From the NCBI GenBank assembly GCA_946409645.1, contig CAMJXE010000001.1, positions 27,710 to 91,709 on the forward strand: a stretch of 64,000 bases of DNA, in the 5' to 3' direction. The first letter of the stretch is position 1. Each line of letters starts with the position of its first letter. A program made the position numbers and the translations under genes. The notes under the pieces were generated by a model, which did no database searches, had not been told where the DNA came from, and saw only the letters and a list, made by a program, of their open reading frames with translations. Positions 1 through 11,292 of this stretch are shown piece after piece. This stretch comes from an uncultured Bacteroidales bacterium. GTDB taxonomy: Bacteria; Bacteroidota; Bacteroidia; Bacteroidales; WCHB1-69.

Positions 1-1
1 C

Positions 2-214
2 CACAACGTTGAGCAGAAAGATTTGCAAGGGGAAGAAGGCATCACAGCGGAACATGTACAGAACAACACCAGTGTCAGAGGGATGCTGGGGCAGCGGGGA
101 ATAAAGCCAGAGGAACTGCCTGCGGCGGAAGACATCAAGAAGGTGGAGCGGAAAGTGGCGAAAGACGAAAAACAAATACAAGAAAAGTCACAGAGGTTGC
201 CGAAAGAACAATAA
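2..214 (+). CDS. DinD-like (DNA-damage-inducible protein D family) C-terminal fragment; 5' end outside window
   Basis: The frame of ORF 23..214 stays open back to the window edge. The tail ..EQKDLQGEEGITAEHVQNNTSVRGMLGQRGIKPEELPAAEDIKKVERK.. resembles the conserved DinD C-terminus as I recall it. Confidence 0.45.
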   Translation, partial: HNVEQKDLQGEEGITAEHVQNNTSVRGMLGQRGIKPEELPAAEDIKKVERKVAKDEKQIQEKSQRLPKEQ

Positions 215-275
215 GGCGATTCTAACAGAAAAAAGAACAAAAGATCATTATCTTCAAACCAAAAAACATAAACCT

Positions 276-893
276 ATGAGTACCACATTAAAAGAAAAAC
301 TTGAAAACGAGGCCCGTTTCCTCCGGATTTCCATCCCTTACGACAAACGCGACAAATACACAATGGTCTCCTTCGACGACGGCGTGATGTCAGAATTGGA
401 GTGTGACGAATCTTTCGTGCCCCCGATGTACGACGAAAAGACCAAACTATTGGAGTTTTGGGTGGATTTAAGGGAACGGAAGGTGAAGGACTGGGACGAA
501 AGCAACGGCTATTTGCGTATATGGGCAAAGGTGCGCGACGAAGGCACCTACACCTTGTATGACACGGACATGAAGCCGCTTTGGCAGATCCAGGGATACG
601 TCCCCAACGCCTTGATTCCTCCGTATGACATGGGGTTCGGTGATTATCTGGAACTCACTATCGAAGCTGATGGCGCGCTCCCACAATGGCAGGAAACATC
701 TGACTTCTCCGACTTTCTCGTGAGCGGCCGGGAACCCGGGCCCGTGATGTCCTACAGGTGGAACCACGCGGCGACCGCCTACTACGACGTGTTGGGTTAC
801 AAGCTCGACAAAAAAGAGGTTATTTGGTTGGTGCAGAGGTTGATGGGGAAGTATGGTTTGAGGGGGGAGGAGGTAACAACGGAAACAACATAA
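276..893 (+). CDS. hypothetical protein, 205 aa, no recognisable domain
   Basis: Long ATG-initiated ORF. The only competitor is an antisense shadow (468..977). No signal peptide or known motif seen. Confidence 0.5.
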   Translation: MSTTLKEKLENEARFLRISIPYDKRDKYTMVSFDDGVMSELECDESFVPPMYDEKTKLLEFWVDLRERKVKDWDESNGYLRIWAKVRDEGTYTLYDTDMKPLWQIQGYVPNALIPPYDMGFGDYLELTIEADGALPQWQETSDFSDFLVSGREPGPVMSYRWNHAATAYYDVLGYKLDKKEVIWLVQRLMGKYGLRGEEVTTETT

Positions 894-963
894 GTAAACC
901 GCGTGACAAACACCCTGTTGATAAAAATGATATCTTTTGTGTTTTATGTTTCTCTTAAAAGAG

Positions 964-971
964 TATCTTTG
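964..971 (+). promoter_or_regulatory. Bacteroidota -7 promoter box TATCTTTG for the DUF5131 gene
   Basis: Exact TAnnTTTG match upstream of start codon 999. Confidence 0.55.
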
Positions 972-998
972 CTGCATTGATTCGTTTAATATTGATCG

Positions 999-1724
999 TT
1001 GAGAACCACCAAAATAGAATGGACTGACAGAACTTGGAATCCTGTCACAGGATGCACCAAGATTTCATCTGGTTGCGCCCACTGTTATGCCGAAGTGATG
1101 ACAAGAAGGCTGAAAGCAATGGGGATGGAAAAGTATGCCAATGGTTTTCAGGTGACGTTACATAACGATTGTTTGGAGGAACCACTCGCTTGGAAAAAGC
1201 CGCATACCATCTTTGTTTGCTCTATGAGTGACCTTTTCCACAAGGATGTCCCTTTTGGCTTTGTTGACAAGGTGATGGATACGATACGTCGCACACCTCA
1301 ACACCGCTACCAACTGCTTACCAAACGTGCCGAGAGAATGGCGGAGTATTTCCTGACCCACGATGTACCGCAAAATGTTTGGTTGGGTGTGACGGTCGAA
1401 GCACAATCTTCTAAATCAAGAATCGACTGTTTGCGTGTGCTTGATGCCCCGATTCGATTTCTTTCTTGCGAGCCGCTCATCGAAGATTTAGGTGAGCTTG
1501 ACTTGAATAATATCAACTGGGTGATTGTGGGTGGCGAGAGTGGTCCGCAAGCCCGCCCGATGAAAAGAGAGTGGATAGATTCCATTCAAGAACAAACCGA
1601 AACCCAAGGCGGGTTATTCTTTTTCAAACAATGGGGCACCTGGGGCAGCGATGGTGTTAAAAGAAGCAAACACAAAAACGGGAAACTGATTGACGGCAAA
1701 GTGTTACAGGCGATGCCGGTGTGA
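999..1724 (+). CDS. DUF5131 / phage Gp37-Gp68 family protein (three-Cys motif)
   Basis: The N-terminus TKIEWTDRTWNPVTGCTKISSGCAHCYA is the family signature as I recall it. An in-frame TGA at 993..995 leaves TTG 999 as the only possible start. Confidence 0.8.
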   Translation: MRTTKIEWTDRTWNPVTGCTKISSGCAHCYAEVMTRRLKAMGMEKYANGFQVTLHNDCLEEPLAWKKPHTIFVCSMSDLFHKDVPFGFVDKVMDTIRRTPQHRYQLLTKRAERMAEYFLTHDVPQNVWLGVTVEAQSSKSRIDCLRVLDAPIRFLSCEPLIEDLGELDLNNINWVIVGGESGPQARPMKREWIDSIQEQTETQGGLFFFKQWGTWGSDGVKRSKHKNGKLIDGKVLQAMPV

Positions 1725-1803
1725 ATAATTTAATTATTCAACACACACTCATAGAATTGTTCACCGACATTGACACAGTGGAGGTAATATGTGGAAAAAT
1801 GTG

Positions 1804-1811
1804 TATCTTTG
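1804..1811 (+). promoter_or_regulatory. -7 promoter box TATCTTTG for the HNH gene
   Basis: Exact TAnnTTTG match; ATG at 1863. Confidence 0.5.
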
Positions 1812-1862
1812 CAGCGTGATGAAATATACATTTCTTCACGCTGCACTAAATTATAAACCATT

Positions 1863-2534
1863 ATGCCTAGACGACTTTGGACACGAGACGAAATGATTCT
1901 GACATTGGCACTGTATTTTCAGCTACCATTCGGGCGGTTGAACCATGCCACGCTGGAGGTCAGAGAGTTGGCCAAGCTGATGAACAGGACGGAAAACGCC
2001 GTTGCCCTGCGTTTGGTAAATTTTGCTGCTTGTGATCCTTACATTATCAATAGCGGACGCACAGGAATGCCGGGCGGATTAAGTGTGTGTATGCCTTATT
2101 GGGAAGAATTTGCTGACAACAAAGAAAAATTGTTTTTGGAAGCGGAGACCATCAGGAATCGGATACGGAAACAGACTTTTGAGCAATCGTTGCGAATAGA
2201 CGATTCCCAGTTGAAAGGAATGGACAGAATGGCGTATGTAAAGCAACGGATAAACCAGAATGCTTTTCGGGCGATGATATTGAACAATTACGAAAGCCGT
2301 TGTGCTATCACGGGCATTTCCGTTCCCGAACTGTTGGTGGCCAGCCATATTGTGCCCTGGGCAGTGAACGAAAAGGAAAGGCTGAACCCTGAAAACGGCA
2401 TCTGCCTTTCTGCTTTGTACGATAAAGCTTTCGACCAAGGATTCATAAGCATCGACAAGAATAATAAGATTATATTGGCAGATAAGTTAAGACAATACGA
2501 AACCGAGGGAGGTTGTGAACATAATGGCCTTTGA
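1863..2534 (+). CDS. HNH endonuclease (HNH_2 / putative restriction endonuclease family)
   Basis: ESRCAITGISVPELLVASHIVPWAVNEKERLNPENGICLSALYDKAFDQGFISID matches the HNH_2 core. The C-terminus may be shortened; the IS lies 90 nt downstream. Confidence 0.75.
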   Translation: MPRRLWTRDEMILTLALYFQLPFGRLNHATLEVRELAKLMNRTENAVALRLVNFAACDPYIINSGRTGMPGGLSVCMPYWEEFADNKEKLFLEAETIRNRIRKQTFEQSLRIDDSQLKGMDRMAYVKQRINQNAFRAMILNNYESRCAITGISVPELLVASHIVPWAVNEKERLNPENGICLSALYDKAFDQGFISIDKNNKIILADKLRQYETEGGCEHNGL

Positions 2535-2615
2535 TTCGAATATCGTTGATGATGGTCATTTTTTCACAAGGAATTCTGATGTTTAATATTACTACCCCGC
2601 CCTACGGGCACCCCT

Positions 2616-2623
2616 TCTAAAAC
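2616..2623. repeat. target-site duplication, left copy (TCTAAAAC; 9 bp if T2615 is included)
   Basis: Identical to 4138..4145 and directly abuts the IS inverted repeat. Confidence 0.8.
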
Positions 2624-2624
2624 A

Positions 2625-4070
2625 CTACTCTTTATACACATTTTTGGATCTTGCGAAAGCTATGATTTCAAGGTGTTGGTTAAACCTGTCAAGGCCAATC
2701 TTCATGGTAATGTAGCCAGGTTTTCCATGCGCTTTGACATAACCGCTCCACCCCCCAAGTCGTGCGATAATCCATGCAGCCCACGCCAGCGAATGTTCGC
2801 GGAAAGGGTTTCGCCCATCCAGTGCCTTGGGCGAATGACGATGAATACGTTCCATCTCCACATCCAGCAGTTCCCGTTCCGTCTCGTCAAACAGTCGGCT
2901 TGTCGGAACACTTTCGTCCTGCTCGTCGTAGGCCCGCTTCAGTGTCACGCACCGCAATGCCGCGTACATGGTCAGCACTATCAGTTTCTTCACGGCCGCG
3001 CCGCTCTCCAACTGTACCGACTCTATGCGGAAGCCTTCAGACTTACTGACCCTGAACAACTCTTCGACGAACCAGCGGCACTTGTACCATTCCACGCACT
3101 GCACGGCATGTTCCGCCGTGTCCACCACATGCGATGTCAGCAACTGCCACTCTATCGGCGCCTCACTGGCAGGGACACTCGAAGGGTCTTCCATCGCATA
3201 GACACAGTAGCAGGTCAGTTCCTCCGGCACGTCGTCCAGACACTTGCGTCCCTTGTGTATGGTGACTTTGGCGTAACGGAGCGTCATTCTCGCTGTGCGA
3301 GAGCTCCTGCCCTTGTGACCGCGCAGGTACAGGTCGTAGGTGTAGGATACAGGAAGGCTTTCCATGTATTCCTTCATCCCCAGTCTTCCATCCTCCACGT
3401 CGCAGTCCACGGGACGGTCGTGGATGGAGCGGATCAGGAAGTCGCAGCCTGCGGCGAGGTCCTTGCACATGACCGAATAGATATCGCTCTCCCTGTCGCC
3501 CACCATCGTCTTTCGCACCTTCTTGGGAAGCGCGGCGGTGCTCTCCGAGGCGGCCTCGGCCCAGCGGAAGGACTCCTTCTGCTCCAGTTTCAACAAGCTG
3601 CGCTGCGTTGCCTTCTTTCTGCCCTGTGCACGGTCGCGGCTCCACACCTTTATGTGGCTGAAACCGACGGGCATCCTGCTGTCGGCATCCACCACCATGC
3701 ACGGGTGGGCGAAGATGCAGTACTGGTCGAGCTCGCTCGTGCCGTAGCCGAAATCCCTGTCCCTAACAGACAGGCGGCCTGAATGGCGGAACACGACCTC
3801 TGTCGTTTCCTGTATGCACAGCACGTGTGAGAGGTCGGAACACCCCTTCGAACAGCCTTTTGCCAAATACTCGACCATTTCCTCCATCGTGAGCTTCTTG
3901 TTGTTGATTAAACGGTACGCTGCCATACGCTCGGTATTGTTCTCGCAGCAGCTGTTGATGATGCTGGTTCCCTTGGTCACCATCTTGTCGGAAAGCCATC
4001 CTAGACGCTTCCCGATTCGGACATCGTTCCCGATTCCTTGAAATATTTCAAAACACGGGCAAAGATACAA
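2625..4070 (-). CDS. IS4-family (Tn5-like) DDE transposase
   Basis: Contains WQLLTS and the Y(2)R(3)E(6)K signature YKCRWFVEELFRVSK. The N-terminus DVRIGKRL..AAYRLINN parallels Tn5 Tnp DPRRTARL..GAYRFIRN. The start is uncertain: TTG 4070 overlaps a -7 box, and the first in-frame ATG is at 3983. Confidence 0.85.
   Translation of the reverse strand: MYLCPCFEIFQGIGNDVRIGKRLGWLSDKMVTKGTSIINSCCENNTERMAAYRLINNKKLTMEEMVEYLAKGCSKGCSDLSHVLCIQETTEVVFRHSGRLSVRDRDFGYGTSELDQYCIFAHPCMVVDADSRMPVGFSHIKVWSRDRAQGRKKATQRSLLKLEQKESFRWAEAASESTAALPKKVRKTMVGDRESDIYSVMCKDLAAGCDFLIRSIHDRPVDCDVEDGRLGMKEYMESLPVSYTYDLYLRGHKGRSSRTARMTLRYAKVTIHKGRKCLDDVPEELTCYCVYAMEDPSSVPASEAPIEWQLLTSHVVDTAEHAVQCVEWYKCRWFVEELFRVSKSEGFRIESVQLESGAAVKKLIVLTMYAALRCVTLKRAYDEQDESVPTSRLFDETERELLDVEMERIHRHSPKALDGRNPFREHSLAWAAWIIARLGGWSGYVKAHGKPGYITMKIGLDRFNQHLEIIAFARSKNVYKE
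4060..4067 (-). promoter_or_regulatory. -7 box TATCTTTG inside the IS, upstream of the transposase
   Basis: Reverse complement of CAAAGATA. Confidence 0.4.
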
Positions 4071-4137
4071 AACCTCTCTGAGTTATATGGAGGGTTGGAG
4101 AAATGTTATTAAGAGAAAAATGTGTATAAAGAGTAGT

Positions 4138-4145
4138 TCTAAAAC
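4138..4145. repeat. target-site duplication, right copy (TCTAAAAC)
   Basis: Identical to 2616..2623. Confidence 0.8.
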
Positions 4146-4566
4146 AGAAGGGGAATTGTGCTTCGGCCGCTGCTGTCCGCTGTGGCCGGGAACATTCTTC
4201 ACGCACTTATTTTTCCTCTTTTTCTAACATGCGAAACTTGAATAAAAAATAGAAGTCCCCATTATTTATTAACAACGACTTGCTTATTTTCAACAGCTAA
4301 AATTGAAAGAAATTTGCGGAATTAAAGATGAAAAAAAACAAACCATTATACCGAAAAGAGAACAAAAAACTCACAGAATACTATTCAGGTGAGTGGACCG
4401 TTACCTGGAACGGAAAGGTGGTGTGGCAAGGAAGAGTAGTGGGAGCCGGGGCGGGAATGCAGGACACGACAGACAGTCTGCCGAAAGAAGAGACAGGAGG
4501 CCACAAATGAAACAGAGGGAAGCAAAGCGGGTCGGCATAGTCGAGGAAACGGGCTGCTAAAAATTG

Positions 4567-4574
4567 TATTTTTG
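4567..4574 (+). promoter_or_regulatory. -7 box TATTTTTG for the repeat-protein gene
   Basis: Exact TAnnTTTG. The ATG at 4579 is only 4 nt downstream, so the mRNA is near-leaderless. Confidence 0.45.
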
Positions 4575-4578
4575 CCGC

Positions 4579-5013
4579 ATGGTAAAACGAATCACCACCC
4601 TCATCGCCCTCATCGTCTTCTTCGCCGTCACAGGCGAAGCCCAGACCGTCTATCAAAAGGACAAATGGGGCGCGAAACTTTTCTACATGCAAGAGAACAC
4701 CATCCGGATGAAGGACCGCTGGGGCGATCCGCTGCTATGGTATGACGCGGCCACGCAGCAGGTGCGGCTGAAGGACCGCTGGGGGCAGCCCCTGATCTAC
4801 ATGGACGGACATACGGTGCGACAAAAGGACCGCTGGGGCGAGCCGCTGCTCTACTTCGACGGGCTGACCATCCGACAAAAAGACCGTTGGGGCACTGCGC
4901 TCTATTACCTCGACGGACAGACCCTGCGGCAGAAAGACCGCTGGGGAGCGCCGGTCTATTACTTTGATTTCATCCCCGACCGCTGGCAAATCGCCTGCCT
5001 GATTCTGATGTAG
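4579..5013 (+). CDS. secreted protein made of six tandem ~17-aa K-D-R-W-G repeats
   Basis: Signal peptide MVKRITTLIALIVFFAVTGEAQ, followed by [VIL]R.KDRWG.PL.Y.DG.T repeated six times. ORF-track start 4564 (MYFC..) is a read-through of the promoter box. Confidence 0.7.
   Translation: MVKRITTLIALIVFFAVTGEAQTVYQKDKWGAKLFYMQENTIRMKDRWGDPLLWYDAATQQVRLKDRWGQPLIYMDGHTVRQKDRWGEPLLYFDGLTIRQKDRWGTALYYLDGQTLRQKDRWGAPVYYFDFIPDRWQIACLILM
4648..4968 (+). repeat. 51-bp-period coding tandem repeat (6 units)
   Basis: AAGGACCGCTGGGG-type cores recur at about 51-bp spacing. Confidence 0.8.
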
Positions 5014-5031
5014 CCCGGCCGCATAAACCCA

Positions 5032-5080
5032 CACAAGTCACAAATCACTAATCACAAATCACAAGTCACAAGTCACAATC
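5032..5080. repeat. heptamer array, CACAART x7
   Basis: cacaagt cacaaat cactaat cacaaat cacaagt cacaagt cacaatc. It lies between the repeat-protein stop and the SNF2 promoter. Confidence 0.9.
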
Positions 5081-5091
5081 CGAATTTTTCC

Positions 5092-5099
5092 TACTTTTG
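5092..5099 (+). promoter_or_regulatory. -7 box TACTTTTG for the SNF2 gene
   Basis: Exact TAnnTTTG; ATG at 5121. Confidence 0.5.
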
Positions 5100-5120
5100 C
5101 CCTTTCAAAATTGCAAGACA

Positions 5121-8630
<3,510 letters not shown>

Positions 8631-8667
8631 GGGGAAGGAACGCAGCCGCGACAAACGAAAAAATGAT

Positions 8668-8675
8668 TATCTTTG
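8668..8675 (+). promoter_or_regulatory. -7 box TATCTTTG retained in front of MTase stub 1 / DUF1016 copy 1
   Basis: Exact TAnnTTTG; ATG at 8701. Confidence 0.5.
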
Positions 8676-8700
8676 CGGGCTTGTTTTAAATTAACGGTAA

Positions 8701-8853
8701 ATGGCGGCAAGTCAGAAACATAAGGCAACCGGCACCCCCTTGGTGATCGACCTTTTCGCGGGCATTGGCGGATCCCACGCGGCAAGGCGTGACGTGAATG
8801 CTGTGAAAATGTGGTTTTGTGGGACGAAATACAATGGAAAAAGTGACCTATAA
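8701..8853 (+). pseudogene. 5' remnant of a C5 DNA methyltransferase (50 codons, motif I only)
   Basis: Translates to MAASQKHKATGTPLVIDLFAGIGGS.., which is SAM-binding motif I (DLFAGIGG), and then loses MTase similarity. Its TAA overlaps the ATG of the next gene (TAATG). Confidence 0.55.
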
Positions 8854-9926
8854 TGGATTTGACAACATATAACACGGACAATCTGCCACAACATGGCTCA
8901 AACCTGTTGCTTGACTCCTTGCGTGGCCTGATTTCGGCGGCAAGGCAAAAGATGGCCGTATCGGTGAATGCGGAGCTAACGCTCTTGTATTGGCATATAG
9001 GCGGACAAATCAACTCCTTTATACTTCAGGGCGAACGGGCCGAATACGGGAAACAGATTGTTGCGACAATAGCCAGACAGCTGACGGAAGAATTCGGAAC
9101 ATCTTTTGCAGAGAAAAATCTGAGGCGGATGATGCAGTTTGCCGCAGTATATGACAATGAAAAGATTGTCGTACCACTGATACGACAATTGACATGGACA
9201 CATTTTATTGCTCTGATTCCCATAGCGGACACCCTGAAACGATCCTTTTACGAACAGCTTGCCATTGTTGAACATTGGAGTGTGCGTACACTGAGGAACA
9301 AAATAGACAGCCAGTTGTTTGAGCGGACAGCTATCAGCCGAAAACCGGAGGCCACTATAAAACACGATTTGGACTTGTTGCAACAGGAAAACCAGATGAC
9401 CCCCGACCTTGTGTTCAGAGACCCGTATCTGCTCTCTTTCATGGGGCTTCGCGACACCTATTCGGAGAAAGACTTGGAGAACGCCATTGTATCGGAAATG
9501 CAACGTTTTATCGAAGAGCTGGGGTCCGATTTTGCCTTTATGGGACGACAGAAGCGGATAACCATCGACAATGAGGATTATTATATCGATTTGCTTTTTT
9601 ATCACCGCCGTTTGCATTGCCTTGTAGCTATCGACTTGAAAATAGACACGTTCAAAGCCGCTTACAAGGGGCAGATGGAGCTATACCTGCGATGGCTTGA
9701 GAAATACGAGCATGTTGACGGTGAGAATCCGCCCATTGGCCTGATATTGTGTGCAGGCAAAAACGAGGAGCATGTCGAGCTGCTACATTTGGAAGACAGT
9801 AATATACGGGTTGCCGAATACATGACAGTGCTTCCTGACAAAAAGGTTTTGGAACAAAAATTACAAGCGGCCATCGCCATGGCACGGCAGCGTTTTGCCG
9901 CACTGGAACAATATAATAAAGATTGA
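8853..9926 (+). CDS. DUF1016 / YhcG-family PD-(D/E)xK nuclease, copy 1
   Basis: N-terminal YhcG helical domain (NAELTLLYWHIGGQI..) and C-terminal nuclease core YYIDLLFYHRRLHCLVAIDLK. Confidence 0.85.
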   Translation: MDLTTYNTDNLPQHGSNLLLDSLRGLISAARQKMAVSVNAELTLLYWHIGGQINSFILQGERAEYGKQIVATIARQLTEEFGTSFAEKNLRRMMQFAAVYDNEKIVVPLIRQLTWTHFIALIPIADTLKRSFYEQLAIVEHWSVRTLRNKIDSQLFERTAISRKPEATIKHDLDLLQQENQMTPDLVFRDPYLLSFMGLRDTYSEKDLENAIVSEMQRFIEELGSDFAFMGRQKRITIDNEDYYIDLLFYHRRLHCLVAIDLKIDTFKAAYKGQMELYLRWLEKYEHVDGENPPIGLILCAGKNEEHVELLHLEDSNIRVAEYMTVLPDKKVLEQKLQAAIAMARQRFAALEQYNKD

Positions 9927-9928
9927 TT

Positions 9929-10000
9929 ATGCCAAAAAAAAAATACACTTTCATAGACCTTTTTGCCAGTATTGGTGGCTTCCACAGAACAGGGCTTTGA
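9929..10000 (+). pseudogene. second 5' remnant of a C5 DNA methyltransferase (23 codons)
   Basis: MPKKKYTFIDLFASIGGFHRTGL*. This is motif I followed by a premature stop, and it contains an A10 tract (9934..9943). Confidence 0.6.
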
Positions 10001-10035
10001 ATTTTGTGGAATAACACGTAAGATTAAACATAAAG

Positions 10036-11292
10036 ATGATTAAAAGAAATATACAAATAACAACAAACGATGATTCCGCAATCATCACGCATTATCTTCA
10101 AAATGCGAACACCAAATACGCCAAGCCTTTTGAAAAGGATGCATTAAACTTATTATACGGCAAAGAGGATGTTGTGCAAGTCGGAATGGTCAAAGAGCCT
10201 GACCCTCAATACAATTTATTCCCTGAACTATTCTCTGTTCCTTTCCCTGCTCCTAAAAATCCAAAGTTTACATTCATTGATCTGTTTGCAGGCATTGGAG
10301 GTTTTCGTATTGCCATGCAAAATCTCGGTGGAAAATGTGTTTATTCTTCAGAGTGGGATTCACAAGCACAAAAAACCTACTTGGCAAATTACGGGGAGGT
10401 TCCTTTTGGTGATATAACAAAGGAGACAACAAAGCAATACATTCCTGACAATTTCGACGTTCTTTGTGCAGGATTTCCATGCCAGGCTTTCTCTCTTGCT
10501 GGCAAACGCCGTGGTTTTGAAGAAACTCGAGGTACTTTGTTCTTTGATGTGGCTGAAATATTGCGCAGAAAACGCCCCAAAGCATTCTTTTTAGAAAACG
10601 TAAAAGGTTTGGTGATTCATGATAAAGGTAAAACCCTCGACACAATCCTGAACGTGTTGCGAAATGATTTGGATTATTATGTACCCGATCCAGAAATCGT
10701 CAATGCTATGAACTTTGGAGTTCCACAACATAGAGAGAGAATTTATATTGTTGGATTCCGTAAAGACATGAAAGTCAAGAATTTTAAATATCCAGAACCT
10801 ACAGATAAGACCAAACGATTCATCGATATAAGGGAAGACAAAGAAGTCTCTCCCAAGTATTATCTTTCAACTCAATACCAGCAAACATTAATTGAGCACA
10901 AAAAGCGTCACGAGAGCAAGGGCAACGGATTTGGTTATGAAATCATACCAGATGATGGTGTTGCCAATGCCATTGTTGTTGGAGGCATGGGACGCGAACG
11001 AAATATAGTGATAGATCATCGTTTAACGGATTTCACACCAGTCACAAACATTAAAGGTGAGATCAATCATGATGGATGGCGGAGGATGACACCTAGAGAA
11101 TGGGCGAGATTGCAAGGGTTCCCCGACTCGTTTATAATACCCGTTGCTGATGCTTCTGCATATAAGCAATTTGGGAATTCTGTTGCTATTCCTGCCATTC
11201 AGGCTACAGCAGAACAAATCATTAAAAGAATAAAACTTGATAATAATAAATCATATGGGAGAATTAGTAAATCAGCAAATAGCAAAAAATGA
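10036..11292 (+). CDS. DNA (cytosine-5)-methyltransferase
   Basis: Motif I FIDLFAGIGGF, motif IV GFPCQAFS, motif VI ENVKGL, motif VIII QHRERIYIVGF, motif X GNSVAIPA. The start could instead be ATG 10186. The region is AT-rich. Confidence 0.9.
   Translation: MIKRNIQITTNDDSAIITHYLQNANTKYAKPFEKDALNLLYGKEDVVQVGMVKEPDPQYNLFPELFSVPFPAPKNPKFTFIDLFAGIGGFRIAMQNLGGKCVYSSEWDSQAQKTYLANYGEVPFGDITKETTKQYIPDNFDVLCAGFPCQAFSLAGKRRGFEETRGTLFFDVAEILRRKRPKAFFLENVKGLVIHDKGKTLDTILNVLRNDLDYYVPDPEIVNAMNFGVPQHRERIYIVGFRKDMKVKNFKYPEPTDKTKRFIDIREDKEVSPKYYLSTQYQQTLIEHKKRHESKGNGFGYEIIPDDGVANAIVVGGMGRERNIVIDHRLTDFTPVTNIKGEINHDGWRRMTPREWARLQGFPDSFIIPVADASAYKQFGNSVAIPAIQATAEQIIKRIKLDNNKSYGRISKSANSKK

Larger units (their letters stand above)
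2624..4137 (-). mobile_element. IS4-family, IS50/Tn5-like insertion sequence (about 1.5 kb)
   Basis: Perfect 22-bp terminal inverted repeats ACTACTCTTTATACACATTTTT (2624..2645 and 4116..4137). There is a single DDE transposase ORF and an 8-9 bp direct repeat of the flanks. The ends resemble the Tn5 outside/mosaic end (core TTATACACAT identical). Confidence 0.88.

Noticed and set aside
999-1724. Prophage inferred from the 'phage Gp37/Gp68' family name
   Set aside because: There are no capsid, tail, terminase or integrase genes anywhere in the window.
1811-1844. 9-bp-stem hairpin GCAGCGTGA..TCACGCTGC as a 5' leader structure or terminator
   Set aside because: It starts on the last base of the -7 box, so it would not be fully transcribed. 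It also lacks a T-tract, so no confident function can be assigned.
2673-3782. 369-aa plus-strand ORF inside the IS, together with similar long antisense ORFs at 5349..6515, 6188..7012, 6939..7655, 7730..8389, 23327..24274, 24416..25540, 28732..29922, 48497..49639, 51760..52695 and 58728..59567
   Set aside because: Each lies antisense to, or out of frame with, a gene that has clear family motifs. The sequences are R/G/P/H-rich and low-complexity, as is typical of shadow ORFs in GC-rich coding DNA.
4328-4510. 60-aa ORF MKKNKPLYRKENKK..
   Set aside because: It has no convincing -7 box, no recognisable motif, mixed composition and a glycine/alanine-rich tail. I kept it only as a possibility, not as a feature.
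4564-4578. N-terminal extensions such as MYFC.., MYLC.., MMCIFAALK.., MPFQNCKT.. on many ORF-track entries (4564, 5097, 19976, 21931, 24383, 27323, 33027, 45325, 47438, 50965, 63832)
   Set aside because: These are translations of the TAnnTTTG promoter box and leader. Starts were moved to the first Met that gives a sensible signal peptide or conserved N-terminus.
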